Translations under genes and position numbers: made by a program | In this document: positions 28,633 through 40,461 of the stretch, piece by piece | How the letters are laid out: every line of letters begins with the position of its first letter | Numbering within the stretch: position 1 is the stretch's first letter | Notes under the pieces: model-generated | Databases searched by the model: none | Seen by the model: only the letters and a program-made list of their open reading frames with translations | Told to the model about the DNA's origin: nothing | Assembly: GCA_964057225.1 (NCBI GenBank) | Contig: OZ059897.1 | Coordinates: 13,454,001-13,518,000, forward strand | From: Auanema rhodensis | Taxonomy: Eukaryota; Animalia; Nematoda | DNA: 64,000 nt | Direction of reading: 5' to 3'

Positions 28633-30284
28633 AAACAGTTAATTCAAATATAGATTTTTCAATATTAAAGATTTATTATATCTGATATCATTATGTCAAT
28701 TCAGCCATAATGTGTCTTTCCATTAACATACAGTATTATTGTGATAAACTTAAGAAAATTCTTGCATAAGCATTTACTTTTCGTTCACTTTCATTCGTTC
28801 CAAATTTGAAAAATTATTCAAATTCACTGTTTTTTTTTCATTTTGATCTGTTATTCTATTACTTTTTTCGCTAAATGTTTTAATTTTTCTTTTTGAATAA
28901 TTTTTTTTTCGATCTCAAATAGGAATTGAACCAAAAATCAACTTGTATTTGATGTTTATTAGTTTTTTTCCATTGAAATTATAATAAATATTTTAATTGT
29001 ATGAACTTATTAAAAATTATAATACATGTAAACATTTTCGTCAAAATTTTCAAAAGTTTGAGTCATGGGGAGGTGTACGGCAAATCAAGTCAACCGTCTT
29101 ATATCCAATATATTAACTAAATATCTCATTTTTTGAAATATTGTTATAAACTTTAAAAGAAAAAATTTCTTTTTCCATTGATTACATGTCATCAATAATG
29201 ATTGTCTTTTTTTTTCATTAATTATCAATGTCATTCAATTAAATGTTCTATTCTTTTCTCTTACTTTAACAAATTTTTCAGATTTTCACTTGAATAGATA
29301 TACTGCTTTCAATTTATTTTCTTTTTTTTTTCTTTTTATGCTAGATTAATGTGATGCTTCTATAATCTCGTCATGTATAGTTGAATGCCAACCGGTCTTC
29401 TTGCCCTCACTGTCTGTCTGGCTTATGGTCAACTGGACCAATCACAACATCTATGTCTTCGAAATTCAACAAATTGCCGTGTTCCATCAAATTCTTTTCG
29501 TACATTCCTTCTATAACATCGTTAGTATCATGCCCTTTCTATCAATTCATTTCGATCGAGAAACATGTAGTTTTCTTAGAATGAAGAATGACAGTATATC
29601 GGCTACACATATCATGTTGACATCTCTGCCGTCCATTCTTGATTACACAAATTCGAACATAGAATCATATCTTTTCATATTATTTTATTCATTTAGTTGA
29701 AATTTTTTGTCCTCCGGTCATCAATAATAGGAATACTGCGGCAACTACTCTCGATTCGTCATCTCCTCTTTCTAGTTCCTCAGAAGGTCGATCCTAATTC
29801 TGACGACCCTGTTGGGTAGCTTGTTCATCATCATGTATTTCTGTGTTTCTCTTCCAGCATGATCAGGCGTAGCTTAGACGGTCTTCGTCCAGTATCCAGA
29901 TGCGAATCATCGTAAATTACCGTAAAATGGCTAGTTGCGCAACCCGTTTATCATTTAATCGATTTCGTCTCCTCTTCTTACCGTTATTTTCAATGATATA
30001 ACTGAAAACTAATGACTTTGAGTAGCTTTTGCAATGATTCTTGATGAAAAAAGATGTAATCATTAATCAATTTGAAATAATTTTTTGGAAATACATATGT
30101 ATTTATACACGAATTTCGATTTTATTTCGCTTTTCTATCGTTTTTCACACTTCTAGATTTACTTAGATTCCTGTAAGTCATTATATAATATTATTCTTCA
30201 TTTTAAATACTCTCCTTTGATGTTTCCAGTTTCTATTGAAATAAATTCTTTAATATTACTATAGTTGCAGCCGCCATCTACTAT

Positions 30285-33200
30285 ATGGCCTCAGGGCATC
30301 TAGGCTATTGGAGGAGGAAAATATGTTTTCTGATACTTCTTCTGTTTTTATTAGTTCAATATTCTGAATGTCGACGTCGTATAAGTCATTCACAAAAAGC
30401 TTTTGATCATTCTGCAAACCTTGATTGGAACGCGGAAGAATCTGAAGAGGTTGACGAAAACCTCACAACGTCAGTTAATCGTACTTCTGATTCATTTCCT
30501 GTTTGAGTTTTGAGTTTATTTTTTTTATTTAGTGAAAGAGATGTTTCCGTAACACTTATTTCAAATATTCCTAGTACTACAGAAAAACCAAGCAAAACAG
30601 CAACAGTTCAAGTAGTGAAACAAGACGAACCAGACGAAATTGACGGTAAATTAACTGAAGAAATAGTGTCGAAAACATTGTAAATCAAAAAAAACTGTTT
30701 ACAATCTTAGAAAATGATTGACAAAACTGATTTTATAAACTTATCCTCATTAAGTATTTATTCTATAAGTTTTTCTATTATTTTCAGACATAGCTGATTT
30801 ATTTAATTTAACTAGTACAGCTGAACAAAACTATGGAAATGGGTATTTGACAACAAAATAATTTCTATTTTTAATTTTTGCTTAGTTCAATTTATTGGAT
30901 TGATGCTGGATACAAGGCATTAGATTTAAACTTGAATGTTAAAGAATATGTTGAATGTCAAGCATGGAGGAAATTTTGGAATATGACAGACTCCAATGAG
31001 GTTATATTGATTTATATTTTAATTTAAAGAATATTTTTAATTAATGATGTTTAAGGAAAAAATTGAAAATGGAACTTCAGCTGAAAAGGAAAAAGCTGAA
31101 GACTTAGAGAAACATCGTAAAGAGACTGAAGTCATTGACTCTAAAAAACGTCTGAAAACATTGGGAATTAGCGTAGAATTGCTGGAGGATTATAATGTTT
31201 AATTCAACTTTTTTAATTTATTTAACCTTTAGTATAGGCTGTCGGAATTGTGTTCAAAGAAATCTGTCAAGAACATACAAGAGAAATGTGGTTCAGGGGT
31301 ACAGACGATGCAAAGAAACTTGGAATAACTGAAATCTCTCCAATATGTGAACCTTTTAAGGTTTGAAATTTTTTCAATATGCAACATCAAATTAAATTTT
31401 TAAAGGAAGCATTGAATCCAGATACATTAACACTTTCTAAATTGGCAAAAGGTTTGAATGAATTAATAAACAATCGAACAGGAGGAGTTCTTCCAACGCC
31501 AATGCCAAGGCCTCAATTCAAACAACGATATACGACAACGACTACAGAACAAACGTATAAAGACTTTTATAATAATTAGAACATTCTTCTTTATATTTCA
31601 GAAGTATAAAAAGTCAAAGTGAAGAAATTCTTTCAACAACACCAATTATGAAGAAAACTACAGATATTCAATCAACTACTACTGTACATCAACTTGACGA
31701 AAGTATAAAAGAATTAGAGTATTTGATTTATTAAATATTATTAATAATATGAAGTTTTAGAAAAATAAAAAGTATAGATAGAATAGAAGATGTTCCCACA
31801 ACTATGGATCCAATTATTAACACTAGGGCTTCAACAAAGTCATATCATCCCGATGAAGTTCAAACTTCTCATCAGCATCATCAGCATCATCATCATCAAC
31901 ATCACAAACATCAGACAAAGAGACCTCATCATACTATTCATATTGATTATTCAACAGAAGAATCGGATAGTTCAATCAAATCTACAACTAATAATCTGAA
32001 TTCTCTTCCTGATATTCAAACATCCATTGACGAAGTTGAAAATCAAAATTTTGCATCAACTTCTACTCAAAAGCCTATTCATACTACTGATTATCCAAAA
32101 GGCACAACTCCCAGTTCTAGTGATACTATCTATTATCATACTGGTACAATTCCAACACCTGAAGATGAATCTAGAACGAATAGAAAACATAATTCAAGAG
32201 TAGATACTGAGTTCTATGATTATGATTCTGAGGAGAAAATATCATCTGTTACAACTTCATATGATCCAACTGATGGAAAAGAGAAAATAAAAGAGAAAAC
32301 TGATCATCATAGATATTTGAGTTCAAATGAAATGTTAGTTTTTTGAAAAAAAAAGTTATATTTCATTCATTTTCAGAACAAATGCTGAAGAAATAGATGT
32401 AAAGTTGGAACACATGAACAGGATAGATGAGCATCGTATTTTAACGGCGACAACACAGTCTCCTTCAACTAATACAGTCATGTTTGAAGAACATATTGAA
32501 AAATCAAATGAAAATGAAAAAACAAAGGAAGAATCATTAGATAGTTTTGTTGAATATGAATATCAGGTAATTGTTCTTTTTAAAAATCACATATATAAAT
32601 TCTTTCCATATTTCAGGAACATGCCAAGAAATATCATTCAAATGATATTAAAGATGATAATGATGTAATTAATTATGATGATGATATATATGATTATGAA
32701 GATATGCAGTATAATATATTTATTTTTCATCATTTTCTTTAAAAACTATTTTTTAGCAAAAGATTTCGAATACCAAGTCATCGACGACCAAAACGAAGTG
32801 TTCTTTTTAGAGTTCGTAGAGAAGCTGCTGATCAAATAATGGATGATGATGATGATGATATGTGGCTGGAGGAAGCTGTAAGAGAATTACAAAGATTTTA
32901 AAAAATAAAAGAATCTTTTAGGGAATAATACAATCGTCTACTACAAGTGATGAAATCTTAATGGGTATGAATGGTACAGAATATGATTATTTTCCATGGA
33001 TTGAGATTAATGCTACAGATGAGATTAAGTAAGTTTATGTTATATTTTGTTTTATAAATGTTATTTGTTATAGTCCTACTATGTTAATTAACTCATTTGA
33101 AGCTGCACAAGCTATTGGACTTAATATTCAAAAAGAAGTTTTCATTCGTCATCAAAAGGTATATACGTCTTTTTAAACCAGCATCCCAAGATAGATTAGG

Positions 33201-35914
33201 GATTGTAACCATGATTGCCACAAACCAAAATCTTTTGAGAAGCAGGTTCTGGGTTCAACAAACATGCTTACAGAAGAAGAAGGTTTATAACACAATGTTG
33301 GGTCGTTGTGTCGGAAAAATGATAAACTAGAGAGCCTAGGGAGCCGAATTCAAAAAAAAAATAACAAACAGTACTTTCGTACTTTGACTTTCATTTGAAA
33401 TTTTTGTTTTGTTTTATATAACATTTCCAATTTGTTTAAAAGAATACGCCTCCCTATTACACTGGGATACTAATCATATTGCCTGTTCGGTAAACCCCAA
33501 ACTGGCTTTTCCAAAAATTTAGGTTATAACACAACTATTGTTGGTTAGATTCCCTAACGTACCTTGAGATACTGGGTTAAAACCGACTATGTTATAAATT
33601 GGCGGTCTCATGTGTCTCATCTGCGCCGTATATAATACGGGTGTGGAAGACAAAGTGATAGTAAAGCATAATAGAGAGATGGAAAAATCAAAATAAAGTG
33701 AGAACGAAACAATATTTGACTTTCATCACTCAATCTAAACTTTTGTCTTGTTTTTTTATAACTTTTCGAGTATGTTTAAAAAATTGTTTGATTTTTAGGT
33801 TGGATTGTACCTTCCTGGTATTTGTGCTGATTATGTACCAAAATCAATTGATTCTTTCAATAGTAGTAGTTTTGAAGGTATTTTCTAATTATACTTATTT
33901 TTAAAAAAAAATTTACTTTTAGGAATAAAAATTGATGGCCCAATTGGTGTTAATATATCAGCTTTAGAAGCTGCTGGAGTCAATTTAACTGCTTTAGCTG
34001 AGAAATTAAGAAATGATACTGAAGTTGATGATATTCTAAGTAGAACGGAAGGAGCTGTTAAGTAAGATTTAGCAGAAATATTTTTAAATTATTTATTAAA
34101 CAATTCCTTTTTTTTTTGAGAAATTGTTCATCTAAAATATTCGAGAAAAAACACAGAATTCCTCATTTGTTTGTACTATTAATGTGGAAAATCGCCATTT
34201 TTTTACATATTATTTCAAATATTTAATAATTTAACATTAATATATTATTATTAATAATTAAAAACAATTTCAGAACTTTAGGTGGTAGCTTCATCTTGCC
34301 TGTGTTGGAAAAAAATCAATATGATCCATTTTCTGCTCCCATTGTGTTCCAAGGCAGTGCAGTTGTTGTACGATTTGGAATATATATTGAATCAATTTCA
34401 AATTTTCAAACATCAACCATGGTTAATAATTTAAAAAATAATAATATTTTTTAAAATATATATATATATATATATATATCTATCTATTATTAGGATTATG
34501 ATATGGATATATATTTAATGATGTCTTGGAGAGATGCACGACTTGTGAATCCATATGATAAGCCTATATTAGTTAAAGAAGTATGCATTTTTAAAATTAA
34601 ATGTATTTCAAATAATATTATTTTAGGAAGAAATTTTAGAAAAAATATGGAGACCTGATCCATTTTTTGCAAATGCAAAAGAAGCTGAATTTCATGAAGT
34701 AACATTTCTCAACTTTTTAATGAGAATATATCCAGATGGGCTTGTTTTGTATGAAACAAGGTTGTAACTCTTCTTTATTTATTTTGATGATTAAAACAAC
34801 TTGTTTTCAGAGTTAAAATAACACCTTCTTGTAATCTTATATTATGTAAATATCCACATGATAAGCAAACATGTGATTTAGTTATTAAATCATGTTAGTT
34901 TTTAATTTTTATTTTTTTTAATTTAAAATTTATTTTTTTATTCAAAGAAATAACAAATTTAGTTGCTTATCCTATTGAAACAGTTCGTTTTGAATGGTTC
35001 TCAAGACGACAAGATGCTATTGATAAGAATCCAGATGTTAAACTTCCAGAGTTATATATAAGCCGATATGAGCCAACTGTTTGTAATAAAACAAGAAAAT
35101 CAGGTAAAATATAAACAAATTTATTTATTTATTCTATGATTTGTTATATGTTTAGGAGAATTTTCATGCTTGAGAGCTGTTTTTCGTTTAAAACGAGATG
35201 TAGGATTCCATATTGCTCAAACATATATTCCAACTTCATTAGCTTTAATGTTCAGTTGGGTAAGATGCTTTCAAATTGAAATTTGAATTAAAACTTTAAA
35301 TTCGAATCTTTATAGGTAGGTGTTTGGCTTCCTGAAGAGTTTATGGAAGGACGAATCGGTGTAGCCATTACAGTACTTTTAACCTTGTCAACCGAGTCTG
35401 CTGGAGCTCGTGAACATTTGCCAAGTGTATCCTATTTGAAAGTATGATAATTATTATAAAATATTAAAATATTTTATATGATTAAGTAGAATCAAATAAA
35501 ATTATAAAAAATAATATTACAGGCTATTGATCTCTGGTTTGGATTTATTACTGGTTTTGTATTCTTTACTTTACTTCAAACTTTATTTGTGATTGGATTT
35601 GATAAAAGAGCAAATCAATTGGTATGTTTATCTAATATACAATTGAATTTTGAAATATTTCAGAGAAAATGGGCAATGAAAAAGAAATTAGATGTAACAG
35701 AAGAATTACGTGATGCGATGTTGGATAAAGCACGTCGATATCATAAAACAGGACGGTAACTCTTCATAATTTTATTTTTTAAAAAAAATATTTTTTTAGA
35801 TATTTGGATAATTTCTGTCGTGTCTTTTATCCATTAAGCTTTATTCTATTTCTCATCATGTATTATTTCGTTTTTACTGAAGGCCAACAAGATGACTGTC
35901 TTAGTAGACGATAA
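30285..35914 (+). CDS. Cys-loop ligand-gated ion channel subunit (GlyR/GluCl-like fold) with ~800-aa N-terminal extension, ~1150-1200 aa
   Basis: Ligand-binding domain motifs WRDARL, KIWRPDPFFAN, Cys-loop CNLILCKYPHDKQTC and loop C CNKTRKSGEFSC. M1 QTYIPTSLALMFSWVGVW, M2 EGRIGVAITVLLTLST, M3 KAIDLW, M4 LDNFCRVFYP. Upstream exons join in phase back to a signal-peptide ATG at 30285. Possibly related to the ungrouped lgc-32/33/34 class (not verified). Confidence 0.9.
33171..33582. repeat. Imperfect ~100-bp inverted repeat in the largest LGIC intron (arms 33171-33267 and 33481-33582)
   Basis: Arm 1 ttttaaaccagcatcccaagatagattagggattgtaacca vs reverse complement of arm 2 ttttaacccagtatctcaaggtacgttagggaatctaacca: 33/41 by hand. 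A second block gives about 32/45. Confidence 0.75.
34456..34486. repeat. (TA)n/(TATC)n microsatellite in intron
   Basis: Directly visible. Confidence 0.85.
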
Positions 35915-36208
35915 TCCTATTATCGACACAAATGAAATTTATATTTTGAATTGACTTTTTGCTTTCGATTATCCTGTATATATGGCTGTCCGAATGGCAA
36001 TTGTTATTTCTGTATTTTGTTTTGAAGAAAAAAAATAAAAATTTTGTTGATTTATATTATAAAAATTAAAAAAGAAAACATTTTAATGTTAATACATGTA
36101 AAGCTAACAACATAACGATTGAACGAGGTGATGAACACAGGGATATTTTTTTCTTTCCTTTTAAATTATATGGAATAAAGTTTGCGAAAAAAATATTTAA
36201 AATTTGTA

Positions 36209-36209
<1 letters not shown>

Positions 36210-36242
<33 letters not shown>
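36210..36242. repeat. (TA)n microsatellite
   Basis: Directly visible. Confidence 0.85.
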
Positions 36243-36797
36243 AGTATTATTAATATTATTATTATTACTAATACCTAAATTAATATTTAACTATGAACAT
36301 AGTACTTCTATTTCTTTTATCTATCTGATAAAAACATACTGTGTTGTTCATTTTTCAGAAAATTAAATGGAAGGTCAGCTAAAGAGAAAATAAATGAAAA
36401 AACAATAAATTCATATTCTAAAAGGAAAAAAAACATTTGAAAAGGCTGATTGTCTAGCTGTTAAGCTACGCGATCACTAAAAAACATACTGTATATGATC
36501 GTGAATGATTGAGGAAAGGAGGACATGCTATCCTTCAGGCAAGGTTTGGGCATCGGCATAAGGTTTACGGATAACATTAGATGGTTTTTCAAGTTTTTAA
36601 ACTAACAAAAACTTAATTCGTGAATGTAATTTGCCAAATGAAGAAAACTCTTTGAAATGTATGAGCTTTGAATAATTATCTCTTTTGGATGCCATATCAA
36701 AGCTACTCGAATAACTATTCAGATAATTTAGTAATTATAGTATTTCATCACTGTATAAAGTCATATAATAATAATTGGAATAAAAACTTTAAATAAT

Positions 36798-39700
36798 TTA
36801 TTCCAACTTATTTAGACTAGTCAGTAATGCCTTTTGATGTTGAAGTTCCTGCTTGAGTCGGGAAATTTCTTCTTTCAGTTGTTCGTTTTCACCTTCCAGA
36901 AGCTAAAAATATAATTTTACGATCTATTCTTTGATTTGTTTGTCAGTTATTGTCGAGCGAATGTTGTTGTTCCTGTTGCTATATACTGTTGGAGAATCAG
37001 AGTGGTATTCGAAAACTCCAGATGTGCCTGTCAGCATGTGTCATACAGTTACGTCACATCACTTTGCTCAATTTAACCTCGTAACGAAGTTCTCATCATA
37101 TTTCCATGATGTTTCAAAAGCTTTAATACACATTTATAACATGTAAAACAACTTACTTGAACCCGTTTACTTCTATACTCAAATACGGCTCTTCGGTTAG
37201 CACGACAACGTTTGGCGGCTTCATTGTTACGTCTTCTTCGATCCATATACTGAAAGAACATGTTAAGTTTTTTTCTTTGATTATCATTACTTACCGATTT
37301 AAGACGATTTTCGCTACTTAAAGCTTCTCTGATTGCAGAGTGCTCTGAATGATCTTCAGAAGAATGAGATGGAGATAATGAAGCAGAAGAAGAGATCGAT
37401 TCACAGTCAGATTTCGAGCATGAAGTCTATAATTCATTAGAATGTTATAGTTTATATTGAAGTGTTTGCTTACTCTAGGAGGACTACTGAGTCCACTACG
37501 ATGTTCGGTTCTACTTTGTGGAACTGAAGGTGATACCCGTCTAGTGGAAAGAATTTGGCCTAAGAGAGATTGAGATGAAGATGATGGTGCTGGCGGCGGT
37601 GTTGGAACACGCTTGATGACATTCTGTGTTCGATCGCTTGAAGAATCAGGACTTATTCTTTCAGCTTTCATAACGACAGAGTCCTTCTGGAAAGGAGTGA
37701 AGGCGCTGCCAAGCGAAAAAACGGTCGATGTGCCAGTGGGTGGTCGATATGCCTGAAAAAGCAAAAAATGAAATAAAATACACAAGAAAAATGGAGTTTT
37801 TATTCAGTTCAAATATAATTTTCTATTTTTTTAAGATTTTAACAGTTTAGATAAAGATGGGAAAATGAGGCTTTTCAATAAAATTTGAATTTACGAATCA
37901 TTAACCAGCATGACAATTATTCTTTATACTACTATGAACACATCAAAGAAGGTTAAATCTTATCAAACATATTTGATTTAATAGGTTTTTGAAATAAAAG
38001 AAAAATAATGATAATAAGAATATATTATTATTTTTCTTTTTTTATATTAAAATTCAACAAAATGAAGTAGCGTAACAGTGGAAAACTGAAACATGCAGTA
38101 GTTATGGCTATAAACACGACTGTTGTTGGTAGGTCTTCAGGTGCCGAATTGATGGTTCGTGAAAACCAGACTCGGAGGGGCCGGCTTCAGTTGGTCATGT
38201 GTCTTCTCTTGGACATTTGATGGTTAGCAGCTGCTATAGATTCTGTTTCTAACCATCGTCAACTACCACCCCTATAGAACAATATGCTGTGATTGTCCAG
38301 CCTCCTGTTTAAAACATCGATGGAGGGCAGGAGGTTAGTTGGAAGAGATGCATGAAAATATTTAAAACTAGATAGGCTTGGTTATGACAGTAATGTATAG
38401 CCAAATGTAGAAAAACTTGTTATTCACATATAACTCTCATACTTGAAAAATAATTCAATCAGCCAAGTGAGGTATGAAGTTCAAAATGAAATAAACATCT
38501 GATTAATGTCTCAAAATATGATTCTCATTATCTTTTCTGATATAAAATGAATTTTGATCATTTGTCATCAATTCAAACTTTGAAAATAGAAACATGGGTA
38601 TAGAGAGAATGGCAAACTAAACATGAAAGTTCAATTAATGATTTTATGCAAAAACGTTGCCAATAGTTTCCTCAAAGTTAAAACTAAGACCAACAGACTT
38701 TAACGAATGACGAAAGAGAAATGGAATAAGTAAAGGAGGTGAAAGTACAAAAAAGAGGTCGTCCAGGTGGTCGCGCTAAAGAGAAGAAGAGGACGATAAC
38801 CGGATGATTCATACATGAGGAGAGGATGGTTGGACCACATCCGCATAAGGAGATGGGGAGGACGCTCGTCGTCCCCGGAGGTTATGTAGATGAGATGTCA
38901 CCAAGCGTCGTCGTTGTCATCAACAGCGCGAGGCGGTCATTGAATCTGGAACAGCAGGTGATGATGTCGTATCCTCTGTGACTTTTCATAGTCGAAGGCA
39001 GCATGTATGCAGATGAGGTTTGGATATGTCTTAGAAGCAGTGGTCATTAGCCAATTTAGGATGGATGTTGGATTTTTTTTGGCTCAAACTGTTTTGATGT
39101 ATAAGTTGGATAGTTTAATGACACTTTTTCATTTTTTTTTTAATTCTTTGAATTAAAAAAATGAGTCCAAGGTCTTTAAAGGAAAAACTGTTTCACCATA
39201 TTGCAAGCTATTGGTGAGAATGACCATTTAGTTAATGAAGCAAGAATTCACAAATTAGAAGATACGAAAATGAAATAGTTTATCTACCTGCTGTTGAATA
39301 GCGTTTTGAAGTTGATAAATCTGGAGAAGAGGTAAAGTTGAAGTTGCAGCTGTAGATGGAAGTATTGGAGCCATTCCTGCATTCTGTGTTGGTAAAGCAG
39401 GGGCAACTGGTCTTATATTACTGGGCAAAGGCATAGATGGAAGTCTCAACGTTGAATTTAATGACGTAGGTGCAAAAATGCTCTGAATATTATAGGATTA
39501 AAGTTTAAAGCAAGCTAAACACTTACAGGTCGTTCCGCTTGAACTGTATTGCTTTGGGATGGGAGAGCAGCAAACTCGGCAATATTTCTAGTGGCTAATA
39601 GGGAATCAGTAGCTGTACGTGATTCCAGTCGAGTCTTCAGAATCTCGTTTTCACGAGATAGAGCAAGAATCTTTTGTTCCATAGCTATATCACCCAGGCG

Positions 39701-39952
39701 GCGCTTTTCTCTAGATCTCTTAGAAGCATCATTGTTCTTTCTCCTTCTCTCCCAATACTGTTCATCTTTGATAACATGTTCATTCATTGAGTTTCTAAGA
39801 ATAAATAATTAATTTAATAAATAAATAAATAAAAACCTTCTTGAATTTGGTGAGGAAGCTTCCGACGAATTTGAGGAATATTCAGTAGATGTTGAGCACA
39901 AAACTGACAAGCGCTCTGCAGGTGAGGAGGAAGACGACGAGTCGACGTCCAT
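36798..39952 (-). CDS. atf-2: Double-bZIP PAR/NFIL3(vrille)-like transcription factor
   Basis: Starts [11 protein letters not shown] just after TTTTCAG. bZIP1 [48 protein letters not shown]. bZIP2 [51 protein letters not shown]. Architecture matches C. elegans ATF-2 as I recall it. Confidence 0.9.
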
Positions 39953-40461
39953 CCTGAAAAGCCGAAAAAAAAATAAATGAAAAGGCATAGAATTAAGTGA
40001 AAATCAGAACTATTATAATAATGAAAGATATAAAAATGAAATAAAAACAACAAAAAAATCCAGAAAAGAAAAAAAAGAAGAAAATCAACAAGGTAGGGTA
40101 TGGAGAGTGCGTGCAGTTTGAAACATAAGTGAAACTTTGGTTTTCACTGAAGTGGGAGGAGATAAGAGAAAGAGAATGTGAGAGGGTAGGGCAATTCACT
40201 TTCTCTTGAACACCCCTGTGGCCTGACTTTCACCGATACCGTAGGGGGTGTTCCGTTAGTACATCCTTCTTAGGAAAAAGGTTGAACTACGAAAAGATGT
40301 AGATGGAGGGCGAAAACGATAGAGAGATTGGGAGAGAGAAAGATAGAGAGGGAGAGAGAACGAAAATTTTCGCTTTCACATTACTTTCTCTTTTTGTTCA
40401 GATACGCTCCTGTAATTCTCTCTTTTTTCCATAGATGGCCATGTATCGTGTTCTGGGGGCC

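Noticed and set aside
29779-29810. Interleaved short complementary segments (tcagaa/ttctga, ggtcg/cgacc) resembling a pseudoknot
   Set aside because: Stems are only 5-6 bp with zero-length loops, so sterically implausible and expected by chance
31804-32346. 180-aa His/Thr-rich ORF as a stand-alone gene
   Set aside because: It is an internal exon bounded by in-phase splice sites of the channel gene
40208-40253. Hairpin gaacacccc...ggggtgttc upstream of atf-2
   Set aside because: Core stem is about 9 bp, too short for a pre-miRNA, and matches no miRNA I recognise
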